From Escherichia coli (GTDB taxonomy: Bacteria; Pseudomonadota; Gammaproteobacteria; Enterobacterales; Enterobacteriaceae): a DNA stretch of 64,000 nt. A program made the position numbers and the translations under genes. Shown piece after piece: positions 41,063-52,816 of the stretch; positions within the stretch are counted from its first letter, which is position 1, and every line of letters starts with the position of its first letter. The stretch is from NCBI RefSeq assembly GCF_011045215.1, contig NZ_CP049201.1. One strand, written 5' to 3'. The notes beneath the pieces are model-generated. The model saw only the letters and a program-made list of their open reading frames with translations, made no database searches and was not told where the DNA came from.

Positions 41063-41815
41063 ATGATCCCGGAAAAGCGAATTATACGGCGCATTCAGTC
41101 TGGCGGTTGTGCTATCCATTGCCAGGATTGCAGCATCAGCCAGCTTTGCATCCCGTTCACACTCAACGAACATGAGCTTGATCAGCTTGATAATATCATT
41201 GAGCGGAAGAAGCCTATTCAGAAAGGCCAGACGCTGTTTAAGGCTGGTGATGAACTTAAATCGCTTTATGCCATCCGCTCCGGTACGATTAAAAGTTATA
41301 CCATCACTGAGCAAGGCGACGAGCAAATCACTGGTTTCCATTTAGCAGGCGACCTGGTGGGATTTGACGCCATCGGCAGCGGCCATCACCCGAGCTTCGC
41401 GCAGGCGCTGGAAACCTCGATGGTATGTGAAATCCCGTTCGAAACGCTGGACGATTTGTCCGGTAAAATGCCGAATCTGCGTCAGCAGATGATGCGTCTG
41501 ATGAGCGGTGAAATCAAAGGCGATCAGGACATGATCCTGCTGTTGTCAAAGAAAAATGCCGAGGAACGTCTGGCTGCATTCATCTACAACCTGTCCCGTC
41601 GTTTTGCCCAACGCGGCTTCTCCCCTCGTGAATTCCGCCTGACGATGACTCGTGGCGATATCGGTAACTATCTGGGCCTGACGGTAGAAACCATCAGCCG
41701 TCTGCTGGGTCGCTTCCAGAAAAGCGGCATGCTGGCAGTCAAAGGTAAATACATCACCATCGAAAATAACGATGCGCTGGCCCAGCTTGCTGGTCATACG
41801 CGTAACGTTGCCTGA
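41063..41815 (+). CDS. fnr: fumarate/nitrate reduction regulator FNR
   Basis: N-terminal Cys cluster (CAIHCQDC), CRP-family HTH; start at internal MIPEKR rather than the track's upstream ATG. Confidence 0.95.
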
Positions 41816-41966
41816 TTTTTCCGCATAACTCACTATCCTTCTGTCATATCATTAAATTTTTCTGATTTATTGATCTGGCAGAAGGTTCATCACTGTTTCA
41901 TTCACCAGATATGGGTTAATCTTTTAATTACAAACTGCGTTGACAGTTGTTGTAAGGAGACCCTGT

Positions 41967-42917
41967 ATGGCTATGTATCAGAACATGCTCGTTGTTATCG
42001 ATCCTAACCAGGACGACCAACCAGCATTGCGGCGAGCTGTTTATTTACATCAACGGATTGGTGGCAAAATTAAAGCCTTTTTGCCGATCTATGACTTCTC
42101 ATACGAAATGACCACCCTGCTCTCCCCGGACGAACGTACCGCTATGCGTCAGGGCGTCATCAGCCAGCGTACAGCCTGGATCCACGAGCAGGCAAAATAT
42201 TATCTCAATGCTGGCGTTCCCATTGAAATTAAAGTGGTCTGGCATAACCGTCCTTTCGAAGCCATCATTCAGGAAGTGATCAGCGGCGGGCACGATTTGG
42301 TGCTAAAAATGGCGCACCAACATGACCGTCTGGAAGCGGTGATTTTTACGCCAACGGACTGGCATCTGTTACGCAAATGCCCAAGCCCGGTGTGGATGGT
42401 GAAAGACCAGCCGTGGCCGGAAGGAGGTAAGGCGCTGGTGGCGGTGAATCTCGCCAGTGAAGAGCCGTATCATAATGCGCTCAATGAAAAACTGGTCAAA
42501 GAGACGATCGAACTGGCAGAACAAGTCAACCATACCGAAGTTCATCTGGTTGGCGCTTACCCAGTAACGCCAATTAATATCGCGATTGAACTGCCGGAAT
42601 TTGATCCGAGCGTTTATAACGATGCCATTCGTGGGCAACATTTGCTGGCAATGAAAGCCCTGCGGCAGAAATTCGGCATTAATGAAAACATGACGCACGT
42701 AGAAAAAGGTCTGCCAGAAGAGGTGATTCCTGATTTGGCGGAGCACTTACAGGCGGGGATTGTGGTTCTGGGCACGGTAGGACGCACCGGTATTTCAGCA
42801 GCATTCCTCGGCAACACGGCGGAACAGGTGATTGATCATCTTCGCTGCGATCTGTTAGTCATTAAACCTGACCAGTATCAGACACCCGTTGAACTGGATG
42901 ACGAAGAAGACGATTAA
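41967..42917 (+). CDS. uspE: universal stress protein E
   Basis: Tandem Usp domains; start at [10 protein letters not shown]. Confidence 0.9.
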   Translation: MAMYQNMLVVIDPNQDDQPALRRAVYLHQRIGGKIKAFLPIYDFSYEMTTLLSPDERTAMRQGVISQRTAWIHEQAKYYLNAGVPIEIKVVWHNRPFEAIIQEVISGGHDLVLKMAHQHDRLEAVIFTPTDWHLLRKCPSPVWMVKDQPWPEGGKALVAVNLASEEPYHNALNEKLVKETIELAEQVNHTEVHLVGAYPVTPINIAIELPEFDPSVYNDAIRGQHLLAMKALRQKFGINENMTHVEKGLPEEVIPDLAEHLQAGIVVLGTVGRTGISAAFLGNTAEQVIDHLRCDLLVIKPDQYQTPVELDDEEDD

Positions 42918-42966
42918 CGACTCTTCAATAACTGACAAGGCCCGAGTTATCGGGCCTATTTTTTAC

Positions 42967-43224
42967 TTACTGCTGTTCGCCGCCAAGGAAATAAATTCCC
43001 AACGGGATTGCCAGCAACACAGTAAAGACCAGGCTATAAACAAAAATCATCGATGACTGAATCACATACATTGATGTCGTCCACTCAGACAGCGGAATAT
43101 TGTACTGTTCTATAACGCCGCCGATAGTCGCGCGAGTCACAACCGACGCCGCAATAATGAAAACCGCCAACAAACCAAAGAGAAATTTCTTCCCTTTCGC
43201 TGACTTCAGTTTCGCCATAATCAT
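42967..43224 (-). CDS. ynaJ: small inner membrane protein YnaJ
   Basis: 85 aa, two TM helices. Confidence 0.7.
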   Translation of the reverse strand: MIMAKLKSAKGKKFLFGLLAVFIIAASVVTRATIGGVIEQYNIPLSEWTTSMYVIQSSMIFVYSLVFTVLLAIPLGIYFLGGEQQ

Positions 43225-43467
43225 GATGTAATCCTTGTGCAGACAAATTTCTTGTTACCTAAACGTAACAATACCATGACATTTCACCGTTGTCTGCTCT
43301 GAAAACCTCACCTCTTAGCTGGATTTACAATCAACGCATTGATTAGTTAGCTAATGTTGCTACTTCCTTCCCTGACTATTGATGATCTGAATGAATTGTC
43401 GCGGTAAAATAGCCCCGCCAGGGGTTTCCGGCATGACGACAATTATCTGGAGGAGCCTGATAAAACA

Positions 43468-44499
43468 ATGATCGCTGAACTGTTTACAAATAATGCGCTT
43501 AATCTGGTCATTATTTTCGGTAGCTGCGCAGCATTGATTCTGATGAGCTTTTGGTTTCGCCGCGGAAATCGTAAAAGAAAAGGTTTTTTATTCCATGCGG
43601 TGCAATTTTTAATCTACACCATAATTATCAGTGCTGTTGGTAGCATTATTAATTATGTTATAGAAAACTATAAACTCAAATTTATCACCCCAGGCGTTAT
43701 CGATTTTATCTGTACGTCCCTGATTGCGGTTATTCTGACGATTAAGCTATTTTTGCTGATTAATCAGTTTGAAAAACAGCAGATTAAAAAAGGTCGCGAT
43801 ATCACCAGTGCGCGGATTATGTCGCGCATTATCAAAATCACCATTATTGTGGTGCTTGTTCTGCTTTATGGCGAACATTTCGGCATGAGCCTTTCTGGCT
43901 TGCTGACCTTTGGTGGTATTGGTGGTCTGGCTGTCGGTATGGCCGGCAAAGATATTCTGAGTAATTTCTTTTCCGGGATCATGCTCTATTTCGACCGTCC
44001 TTTCAGTATTGGCGACTGGATCCGTTCACCGGACAGAAATATCGAAGGTACAGTAGCGGAAATTGGCTGGCGAATTACCAAAATTACGACCTTTGATAAT
44101 CGTCCATTGTACGTACCGAACTCGCTGTTTTCGTCGATCAGCGTAGAAAACCCAGGACGAATGACCAACCGCCGCATTACCACGACCATTGGTTTACGTT
44201 ATGAGGATGCGGCAAAAGTGGGCGTTATTGTCGAAGCCGTACGTGAGATGCTGAAAAATCACCCGGCCATCGACCAGCGACAAACCTTACTGGTTTATTT
44301 CAACCAGTTTGCTGACTCGTCATTGAATATTATGGTTTATTGCTTTACCAAAACCACGGTATGGGCTGAGTGGCTTGCTGCACAGCAAGACGTTTATTTG
44401 AAGATTATCGATATTGTGCAGTCACACGGCGCGGACTTTGCCTTCCCCAGCCAGACACTGTATATGGATAACATTACACCGCCGGAACAGGGTCGCTAA
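43468..44499 (+). CDS. ynaI: MscS-family mechanosensitive channel YnaI
   Basis: Multi-TM N-terminus and MscS beta-domain region. Confidence 0.85.
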
Positions 44500-44549
44500 A
44501 TCAGACATCACTGGCGTTATCCACAAGGGTAACGCCAGTTCCCATCACA

Positions 44550-46163
44550 TCAATGCTTCACAATATACATAGTCCGACTGTACGCCACATCTTCAGGGTT
44601 ATTAATGGGATAACCTTTCAGCCACGGTTTGATTAATCGTCCATTGGTATATTGATAAATTGGTGCAATCGGTGCTTGCTCCATGAGGATTTTTTCTGCC
44701 GCGTTGTAATCGGCATTACGCGCTTTAACGGTATTTTCCGTCGATGCCTGGGCCAGAACTTTGTCGTATGCCGGATTGTTAAAGCGTGAAATATTTCCTG
44801 AATGCGTTGACGTTAATAATGTCAGGAAAGTGGATGGTTCATTATAATCCCCCACCCATGAGGCGCGGATAACATCAAAATTGCCGGTGTTACGGCTATC
44901 GATATAGGTTTTCCATTCCTGATTTTGCAATTTAACATCTACGCCAAGGTTCTTTTTCCACATCGATGCTACAGCAATCGCAATTTTTTGATGGTTTTCT
45001 GAAGTGTTATACAAAAGCGTCAGCTTCAAGGGTTTTTGCGGACCATAACCAGCTGCGCTCAACAAAGTTTTTGCCTGCGCATTCAGTTCTTCCTGACTCA
45101 TTTGTTCAAACGGCGAAGGTTCCGGCGTAAATCCGGCGGTAACATCTGGTGTAAAATGCCACGCTGGCTTTTCGCCCGTCCCTAATACTTTTTCGGTCAT
45201 CAGGCGGCGATCTATCGTCATACTTAATGCCAGACGAACGCGCTGATCTGCCGTCGGCCCTTTTTGCGTGTTAAACGCATAATAATAGGTCCCGAGCTGC
45301 GGCGGCGTATAAACCTGCCCCGGAATATCCTTCAACAGCTTCTGATACATATTTTTCGGGAAGGATTCGGTGATATCAATATCCCCCGCGAGGTAACGCT
45401 TAGTGGCTGCGGATTCCTGATTAATTGGCAGGAAGGTCACTTTTTGCAGTACCGTTTTGGCGTTATCCCAATAATGGGTATTCGGTACCACGACCAGTTT
45501 TTCATTGACTACGCGCTCTTTAAGAACATAAGCGCCATTGCCGATCAGATTTCCGGGTTTCGTCCACTCTTTACCGCTTTCTACGTTGGCTTTTTGCACC
45601 GGGAAGAAGGCAAAGTTAGCGGTTAAATTCACAAACCACGGCAACGGTTTATCAAGCTGAATTTTCAAAGTATGGGCATCAACTGCGGTGACGCCAAGCT
45701 GGTCAGGCGTAGCTTTACCATCAATAATCGCCTGTGCGTTGTTGATTCCCGCCAGCGCGGCAAACCATGCAAATGGCGATAGAGTTTTCGGGTCCACCAG
45801 ACGCTGCCAGCTGTAGACAAAATCTTGCGCCGTTACCGGTGTGCCATCCGCCCATTTTGCGTTATCGCGCAGGGTAAAAGTCCAGATACGGTTGTCATTA
45901 CTTTTCCACTGAGTCGCAACGCCGGGGACAATTTCCCCTTTCTCGTTCTGATTCACCAGTCCTTCAAACAGATCGCGAATGACCTGAATCTCTGGCAGGC
46001 CCACGGCTTTAGCGGGATCCAGCGACGCAGGCTCATCTTTAATGTGGCGCACCAGCTCCTGCTTCTCTGCCAGTACTGTGCCGCTCGGAACTTCTGCAGC
46101 ATACGAAAGAGAAATGCTGCTGACCAACAGCGCACAACACGTGACTGAAACAGAGTGCTTCAT
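44550..46163 (-). CDS. mppA: periplasmic murein tripeptide-binding protein MppA
   Basis: Signal peptide and OppA-like SBP family; start at MKHSVSV. Confidence 0.9.
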   Translation of the reverse strand: MKHSVSVTCCALLVSSISLSYAAEVPSGTVLAEKQELVRHIKDEPASLDPAKAVGLPEIQVIRDLFEGLVNQNEKGEIVPGVATQWKSNDNRIWTFTLRDNAKWADGTPVTAQDFVYSWQRLVDPKTLSPFAWFAALAGINNAQAIIDGKATPDQLGVTAVDAHTLKIQLDKPLPWFVNLTANFAFFPVQKANVESGKEWTKPGNLIGNGAYVLKERVVNEKLVVVPNTHYWDNAKTVLQKVTFLPINQESAATKRYLAGDIDITESFPKNMYQKLLKDIPGQVYTPPQLGTYYYAFNTQKGPTADQRVRLALSMTIDRRLMTEKVLGTGEKPAWHFTPDVTAGFTPEPSPFEQMSQEELNAQAKTLLSAAGYGPQKPLKLTLLYNTSENHQKIAIAVASMWKKNLGVDVKLQNQEWKTYIDSRNTGNFDVIRASWVGDYNEPSTFLTLLTSTHSGNISRFNNPAYDKVLAQASTENTVKARNADYNAAEKILMEQAPIAPIYQYTNGRLIKPWLKGYPINNPEDVAYSRTMYIVKH

Positions 46164-46498
46164 AAGTTTCCCTCTAACCGACATTAAAATTGATGCGTAA
46201 TTATTTGTTTCGCCTTAAAGAAATGCAAACAACTTCCATCAAAAAAGTGACACAGGAAGCATAAAATGTTTTATGTATCAATATATTAAATCAGATTTAG
46301 TGTAAATAATAGACGCCAAAATGCGGCAAAGCACATAGAACACCGAACACTACGTTCGGGCTTCGCACGTTCAAACCAGTTTTCGGTATCATAATCAGCA
46401 TCTGTCGCCATTGTACGAAGAATAAAAATAACCAAAACGTTGAAAGGAACTGAGAATACGTTAAGAGAAGAATTAAATTAATGTATCAGCAAGTAGTG

Positions 46499-47398
46499 CT
46501 AAACAGCACCTTTATACTTCAGCCTATCTATAAATAATGAGAATGCCGAGCCAGCATGTCGACGGTGTGGATAGTACAGGTGATAACCGGGTAAATCTGG
46601 TGTGAATTTATCCAAAACACGTATCAGTTTTTTTTCTTTAATAGCCCGCTCAACCTGATCATAAGGTAGATACGCCAATCCATGCCCATCAATTGCAGCA
46701 TCAATGATCAGGTCTATCGTATTCAGTAAAAGCTGACCTTCCATGCGAACACGAACTTCACGTCCACCGCGTATTAATCTCCAGCGATTTGCTGTACCCG
46801 ATGTGGGAAGATACAAATTAATTGCCTGATGATCTATTAATTGTGACACTGACGTTGGAACACTTCGGCGAGAAAAATAATCCGGTGAGCCAACAATAGC
46901 CATTGGTATATCTGGCCCGATTCGAATGGCGATCATATCTTTATCCATCTCCCCACCCAGACGGACGCCTGCATCAAAACGTTCAGAAACGACATCGGTC
47001 AAACCATAATCAATGGTGAGCTGAATATCAATTTCGGGATGCGATTTCAGGAATGTGCGCATTGCTGGTAACAATATCGTTTTTGCTGCATGTTCTACAG
47101 TAGTAATACGTATTGTCCCGGATGGGCGGTTCTGCAGATCGCTCAGGGATGCCAGGGCTGAATCTATGTCATGCAACATAGGGCCAAGAACAGACAAAAG
47201 ATGCTCGCCCGCTTCAGTTGGTGCAACGCTGCGCGTGGTTCGGGTCAGAAGCCGCAATCCCAATCGTTCTTCTATACGGCGCACTATCTGGCTTAAAGCT
47301 GACTGCGCCATGCTCAGGCGGGCTGCTGCGCGAGTGAAGCTACGCTCCTCTGCAACGACGACAAACGCCATCAGATCAGCGATTTCTTCACGCTTCAT
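46499..47398 (-). CDS. pgrR: LysR-type regulator PgrR (YcjZ)
   Basis: LysR HTH N-terminus; position between mppA and ycjY. Confidence 0.75.
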   Translation of the reverse strand: MKREEIADLMAFVVVAEERSFTRAAARLSMAQSALSQIVRRIEERLGLRLLTRTTRSVAPTEAGEHLLSVLGPMLHDIDSALASLSDLQNRPSGTIRITTVEHAAKTILLPAMRTFLKSHPEIDIQLTIDYGLTDVVSERFDAGVRLGGEMDKDMIAIRIGPDIPMAIVGSPDYFSRRSVPTSVSQLIDHQAINLYLPTSGTANRWRLIRGGREVRVRMEGQLLLNTIDLIIDAAIDGHGLAYLPYDQVERAIKEKKLIRVLDKFTPDLPGYHLYYPHRRHAGSAFSLFIDRLKYKGAV

Positions 47399-47535
47399 TC
47401 AGTATCTCCATACAATCTATTAATCATTTAAATGATAGGTCTAATCATGATTTTGGGTCTAATCAACTTAATGATCAATATCTATAGTGATATCACCAAC
47501 CGTTAAAACGAACCGACAACTCCATGAGGAACGGA

Positions 47536-48456
47536 ATGATGAATAATAAAGTCAGCTTCACTAACAGCAATAATCCAACCATCTCTTTGTCTGCAGTGAT
47601 CTATTTCCCTCCAAAATTTGATGAAACCCGTCAGCATCCGGCAATTGTGGTATCTCACCCAGGTGGGGGCATTAAAGAACAAACGGCCGGAACTTATGCC
47701 GAAAAACTGGCGGAAAAGGGATTTGTCACTATTGCTTATGACGCATCTTATCAAGGTGAAAGTGGCGGCGAGCCGCGTCAGTTAGAAAACCCATACATTC
47801 GTACTGAAGACATCAGTGCCGTGATTGATTACCTGACAACGCTTTCTTATGTCGACAATACCCGAATTGGTGCGATGGGAATTTGTGCCGGTGCAGGATA
47901 TACAGCCAATGCTGCAATTCAGGATCGCCGCATCAAGGCCATCGGTACCGTTAGTGCGGTCAATATTGGTTCGATGTTCCGTAATGGTTGGGAAAACAAT
48001 GTGAAATCTATTGATGCCCTGCCATACGTTGAAGCTGGTTCAAACGCCAGAACCAGCGATATTAGCAGCGGAGAATACGCCATTATGCCACTGGCACCAA
48101 TGAAGGAGTCCGATGCGCCGAACGAAGAACTGCGTCAGGCCTGGGAGTATTACCACACCCCTCGCGCGCAGTATCCAACAGCACCGGGTTACGCTACTTT
48201 GCGCAGCCTTAACCAGATTATTACCTTTGATGCTTACCATATGGCGGAAGTGTACCTGACTCAGCCGATGCAGATTGTGGCGGGCAGCCAGGCAGGGAGC
48301 AAATGGATGAGTGACGACCTGTACGATCGAGCATCAAGCCAGGATAAACGCTATCACATTGTTGAAGGCGCAAACCATATGGATCTTTATGACGGCAAAG
48401 CCTATGTGGCTGAAGCAATTTCAGTATTAGCTCCGTTCTTTGAGGAAACTCTGTAA
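47536..48456 (+). CDS. ycjY: alpha/beta hydrolase YcjY
   Basis: Dienelactone hydrolase-like fold motifs; start at MMNNKV. Confidence 0.8.
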   Translation: MMNNKVSFTNSNNPTISLSAVIYFPPKFDETRQHPAIVVSHPGGGIKEQTAGTYAEKLAEKGFVTIAYDASYQGESGGEPRQLENPYIRTEDISAVIDYLTTLSYVDNTRIGAMGICAGAGYTANAAIQDRRIKAIGTVSAVNIGSMFRNGWENNVKSIDALPYVEAGSNARTSDISSGEYAIMPLAPMKESDAPNEELRQAWEYYHTPRAQYPTAPGYATLRSLNQIITFDAYHMAEVYLTQPMQIVAGSQAGSKWMSDDLYDRASSQDKRYHIVEGANHMDLYDGKAYVAEAISVLAPFFEETL

Positions 48457-48526
48457 TGAAACATATTCAAATCCGCAATAGTGATATGGCCTGGCATATT
48501 GCTGCCAATAATCTGGGATAAGTTTC

Positions 48527-48709
48527 ATGAAAAATGTACTGATTCTTGGTGCTGGCGGTCAGATAGCCCGCCATGTGATTAATCAACTGGCAGATAAGCA
48601 AACCATTAAACAAACTTTATTTGCCCGTCAGCCAGCAAAAATCCACAAACCCTATCCAACTAATAAAATACAAACAACTTCCGGCAAAAAGGTGATACAA
48701 GATCGATGA
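48527..48709 (+). pseudogene. ymjC: truncated NAD(P)-binding (NmrA/epimerase-like) gene remnant, ymjC-like
   Basis: Only the Rossmann N-terminus (MKNVLILGAGGQIARHV) is encoded before a stop. Confidence 0.4.
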
Positions 48710-48790
48710 CATAGCGTTGAAGAAAAGGATTTGATAATCCGCAAAATTTGCACAACACTGCCTGTAATACTTCCTGAACCAGAGACGATC

Positions 48791-49519
48791 ATGACCGTAA
48801 CCCGCCCACGCGCCGAACGCGGCGCATTTCCGCCCGGAACAGAACATTACGGACGTTCATTATTGGGCGCGCCGTTAATCTGGTTTCCGGCCCCTGCAGC
48901 CAGTCGCGAAAGTGGTTTGATTCTGGCTGGCACTCACGGTGATGAAAACTCTTCGGTCGTCACGCTCTCCTGTGCTCTGCGGACTTTGACACCTTCTTTG
49001 CGCCGCCATCATGTGGTGCTGTGTGTGAATCCTGACGGCTGCCAGCTGGGGTTACGGGCCAATGCTAATGGTGTGGATTTAAACAGAAACTTTCCGGCGG
49101 CGAACTGGAAGGAAGGTGAAACGGTTTATCGCTGGAACAGCGCCGCTGAAGAACGTGATGTCGTATTACTGACTGGTGACAAACCTGGCTCCGAACCTGA
49201 AACCCAGGCGCTGTGCCAGCTTATACACCGCATTCAACCTGCCTGGGTGGTCTCATTCCACGATCCACTGGCCTGTATTGAAGATCCCAGACACAGCGAA
49301 TTAGGCGAATGGCTGGCTCAGGCGTTTGAATTGCCTCTGGTAACCAGCGTCGGTTATGAAACGCCTGGCTCTTTCGGCAGTTGGTGTGCAGATCTCAACT
49401 TGCATTGCATCACCGCAGAGTTTCCGCCCATCTCCTCCGACGAAGCCAGCGAAAAATATCTCTTTGCGATGGCAAACTTGCTGCGCTGGCATCCTAAAGA
49501 TGCAATTCGCCCGTCGTGA
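48791..49519 (+). CDS. mpaA: murein peptide amidase A (gamma-D-Glu-Dap amidase)
   Basis: M14-like HxxE zinc motif (GTHGDENSS); start at MTVTRP. Confidence 0.85.
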   Translation: MTVTRPRAERGAFPPGTEHYGRSLLGAPLIWFPAPAASRESGLILAGTHGDENSSVVTLSCALRTLTPSLRRHHVVLCVNPDGCQLGLRANANGVDLNRNFPAANWKEGETVYRWNSAAEERDVVLLTGDKPGSEPETQALCQLIHRIQPAWVVSFHDPLACIEDPRHSELGEWLAQAFELPLVTSVGYETPGSFGSWCADLNLHCITAEFPPISSDEASEKYLFAMANLLRWHPKDAIRPS

Positions 49520-50459
49520 ACTGAAGCGCCGGTTCCACATCTACCGCCAGCCAGGTCGGTCCGTCAAGATCGGCGAAACTGACCTGCGGCACCAGCGGTA
49601 AAGCGGCGCTAATGGCACGAGAGGTACACAACATGCAGCCCAGCATCAGACTGAAACCTTGTGCACGCGCTTCAGTCGCCAGCGCCAGCGCTTCCGTCAG
49701 ACCCCCGGTTTTATCGAGCTTAATATTAACCATCTCATAGCGCCCTTTCAGCGCCTTCAAATTGCTACGAGTATGACAACTTTCATCAGCACAAATCGGC
49801 AACGGATGAATAAAATTCTCCAGCGCCGCATCGTCCTGCGCAGGAAGCGGTTGTTCAAGCATCGCAACGCCTAAATCCGCCAATAGCTGGCAACGTGCCG
49901 CCAACCCTTCTGCACGCCAGGATTCATTTGCATCAACGATCAGCGTGGTATCGGGCACAGCTGTGCGAATTGCCACCATCCGCTCACTGATAAGATGGTT
50001 ATCCAGCTTCACTTTCAGTAATTTCGCGCCGGCCTGCCAGAGTGTTGATGCACTATTGGCCATCTGATCAGGCGTACCGATGACTACCGTCTGTGCAGTG
50101 ATAACTGTCTCGGGAAGCGTTATGCCGATCAAATCAGCCAGCGATTGCTGCTGTTTTCGCGCGGCCAGATCCCACAATGCACAATCCAGCGCATTACGTG
50201 CTGCGCCGGCAGGGAGAATTTTTTGCAACTCCTCCCGTGTCAGCCCTTTCTCTAATTGCGGCACGACGCTCATAATTTGCGCCATTACCGAGGCATCACT
50301 TTCTCCATAACGCGGATACGGCGTGCATTCGCCGGTGCCTTTAATACCCTCTTCTTCCAGTTCAACCACCACCACGCGCGCTTCACTGCGACTTCCCCGG
50401 GCAATCACAAACGGGGTATGTAAGGGCCAGGCTTCCTCAAATACCTTAACGGTTCTCAT
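49494..50459 (-). CDS. ycjG: L-Ala-D/L-Glu epimerase YcjG (enolase superfamily)
   Basis: Enolase-superfamily KxK and metal ligands; start at MRTVKV. Confidence 0.85.
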   Translation of the reverse strand: MRTVKVFEEAWPLHTPFVIARGSRSEARVVVVELEEEGIKGTGECTPYPRYGESDASVMAQIMSVVPQLEKGLTREELQKILPAGAARNALDCALWDLAARKQQQSLADLIGITLPETVITAQTVVIGTPDQMANSASTLWQAGAKLLKVKLDNHLISERMVAIRTAVPDTTLIVDANESWRAEGLAARCQLLADLGVAMLEQPLPAQDDAALENFIHPLPICADESCHTRSNLKALKGRYEMVNIKLDKTGGLTEALALATEARAQGFSLMLGCMLCTSRAISAALPLVPQVSFADLDGPTWLAVDVEPALQFTTGELHL

Positions 50460-50577
50460 CTTTACTCCTTGGTGTCGCGGTGGTCTGCGGATTAAGCGCA
50501 AATAGCGTTTGCTGTGTTATTGACAGTTAGCATAAACTAGGTGTGACGTTAACTATATGTAAACAGGAAAGATAATC

Positions 50578-51084
50578 ATGTCACAAACCGTTCATTTCCA
50601 GGGCAACCCGGTTACAGTCGCCAATTCCATCCCGCAGGCGGGTAGCAAAGCGCAGACTTTTACTCTCGTGGCAAAAGATCTGTCTGACGTCACCCTCGGT
50701 CAGTTTGCGGGTAAACGCAAAGTGCTGAACATTTTCCCGAGTATTGATACCGGTGTTTGCGCCGCATCAGTACGTAAGTTTAACCAACTGGCAACCGAGA
50801 TCGACAACACCGTTGTGCTGTGTATCTCTGCCGATCTGCCGTTCGCCCAGTCTCGTTTCTGCGGCGCAGAAGGTCTGAACAACGTTATCACCCTCTCCAC
50901 TTTCCGTAACGCTGAATTTCTGCAAGCCTACGGTGTGGCAATTGCTGATGGCCCACTGAAAGGTCTGGCAGCGCGTGCCGTTGTGGTTATTGACGAAAAT
51001 GACAATGTGATTTTCAGCCAGCTGGTGGATGAAATCACCACCGAGCCGGATTACGAAGCAGCTCTGGCTGTACTGAAAGCATAA
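50578..51084 (+). CDS. tpx: thiol peroxidase Tpx
   Basis: 168 aa with peroxidatic Cys motif (TGVCAASV). Confidence 0.95.
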   Translation: MSQTVHFQGNPVTVANSIPQAGSKAQTFTLVAKDLSDVTLGQFAGKRKVLNIFPSIDTGVCAASVRKFNQLATEIDNTVVLCISADLPFAQSRFCGAEGLNNVITLSTFRNAEFLQAYGVAIADGPLKGLAARAVVVIDENDNVIFSQLVDEITTEPDYEAALAVLKA

Positions 51085-51088
51085 GTTA

Positions 51089-51122
51089 ATATGCCTGATG
51101 GTGTTGCACCATCAGGCATATT
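51089..51122. terminator. palindromic hairpin between convergent tpx and tyrR
   Basis: atatgcctgatggtg-ttgc-accatcaggcatat perfect stem-loop. Confidence 0.4.
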
Positions 51123-51127
51123 CGCGC

Positions 51128-52669
51128 TTACTCTTCGTTCTTCTTCTGGCTTAAGCCATATTCCCGCAACTTATTGGCAATCGCGGTATGTGAAACGCCG
51201 AGACGTTTTGCCAGTTTGCGCGTGCTGGGATAATTGCGATAAAGCTGGGTTAATACCGAGCGTTCAAAACGGCTGGTGATTTCGTCCAGCGAACCTTCCA
51301 TCGCATCTTCGCCCACGGCTACCGTTGCAGCGTCATAATCCGGCAACAAAATATCCTGTGGACGCAGCTCATAACCGTCCAGTTGTGTCAGTGCGCGATA
51401 GATAGCGTTCTTTAACTGCCGCACATTTCCCGGCCACGCATAACGCGTAAGTACAGTATTCAGGTCAGCGGCCAGTTTCGGACGCGGCACGCCCTGCTCG
51501 TCGGCAAAGCGGGCGACGAACAGCTCAGTTAACGGCATGATGTCCTGCGGACAGTCACGTAGCGGCGGCAGATTGAGCGTCAACACGTTCAGACGATAAT
51601 AGAGATCTTCACGGAACATGCCTTTTTGCACCAGTTCGACCAGATTCTTCTGCGTAGCGCAAATCACCCGCACATCGACATGCACCTCATGGTCTTCGCC
51701 AACCCGACGGAAAGTGCCATCATTAAGAAAACGCAGTAATTTCGCCTGCATCCGTGGTGACATCTCACCTATTTCATCCAACAGCACCGAACCACCGTTC
51801 GCCTGCTCAAAGAATCCTTTCTTCCCTTCCGGAGCATGACCAAACAGCTCACTCTCGACCGCATCTTCCGGTATAGACGCACAGTTCAGCGCCAGGTAAG
51901 GTTTGCTCGCTCTTGGGCTTGCCTGATGGCAGGCGTAGGCAAAAAGATCTTTACCTGTACCTGTGTCACCCGTAATCAGCAGCGGCGCGCTTAGCATCGC
52001 CAGTTTCTGCGCCTGTTCGACAACATGCTTCATTTTCGGGCTGACAGCGACAATTTGACTGAAGGCGCTGACGTCCTGGGCGGCGACATTTTGCAACTGA
52101 CGGCCCATACGAATCGTTGATCGCAACATCACCACCGCACCTGTCAGGACGTGTTGATCATTTTCATCCTGAAGATAAACAGGCGTAATCTCCATCAGGA
52201 AGTTCTGTCCATTAATAACAACATGCTCGTTATGGGAATCTTGCGGTTCGCTTTCCAGCCAACGTAAAAAATTAAAGCCGTTAATCAATTGTGCGGCGGT
52301 ATGGTTGCGCAGGCGATCCAATTTTTGCCCAAAAAGCTGACAGCTCGCCGGGTTCGCCATATCCACTTTGCTTTTCATATCGACAGAGAGCACAGGTTCA
52401 GGCAACGCCTCCAGTAACGCGCTCAACGCCAGATGCTCACGTTCGGAAGGCATCCACGGGACAGTACGCACATCGGTAACACCTGCAATACGGCGTATTT
52501 CGGCCATCAGACTGCTGAAACTCTCAAACTCCAGTTCAGCAAAATTGAGGTAGATTCGCCCAATGGGGTCAATTTCAATACCGCGTAAATCAATGCCTCT
52601 TAGCACGAGTAGATCGAGTAATTCGCGGGTCAGACCGAGTCGGTCTTCACAAAAGACTTCCAGACGCAT
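51128..52669 (-). CDS. tyrR: transcriptional regulator TyrR
   Basis: ACT-PAS N-terminus, sigma-54-type AAA+ central domain (GDTGTGKD), C-terminal HTH; start at MRLEVF. Confidence 0.95.
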   Translation of the reverse strand: MRLEVFCEDRLGLTRELLDLLVLRGIDLRGIEIDPIGRIYLNFAELEFESFSSLMAEIRRIAGVTDVRTVPWMPSEREHLALSALLEALPEPVLSVDMKSKVDMANPASCQLFGQKLDRLRNHTAAQLINGFNFLRWLESEPQDSHNEHVVINGQNFLMEITPVYLQDENDQHVLTGAVVMLRSTIRMGRQLQNVAAQDVSAFSQIVAVSPKMKHVVEQAQKLAMLSAPLLITGDTGTGKDLFAYACHQASPRASKPYLALNCASIPEDAVESELFGHAPEGKKGFFEQANGGSVLLDEIGEMSPRMQAKLLRFLNDGTFRRVGEDHEVHVDVRVICATQKNLVELVQKGMFREDLYYRLNVLTLNLPPLRDCPQDIMPLTELFVARFADEQGVPRPKLAADLNTVLTRYAWPGNVRQLKNAIYRALTQLDGYELRPQDILLPDYDAATVAVGEDAMEGSLDEITSRFERSVLTQLYRNYPSTRKLAKRLGVSHTAIANKLREYGLSQKKNEE

Positions 52670-52816
52670 GGGAACCTTCACCTGAAAAAAGAACAATTAA
52701 TATGATGATATGACACTATTTGAATAGCAGGAAGGTTTCTGTCAACAATCATTGACACAAAGACGGAAAAACGGGCACTTCGGCGTAAAGATATCCGGTC
52801 AGCACCCGATATTGCA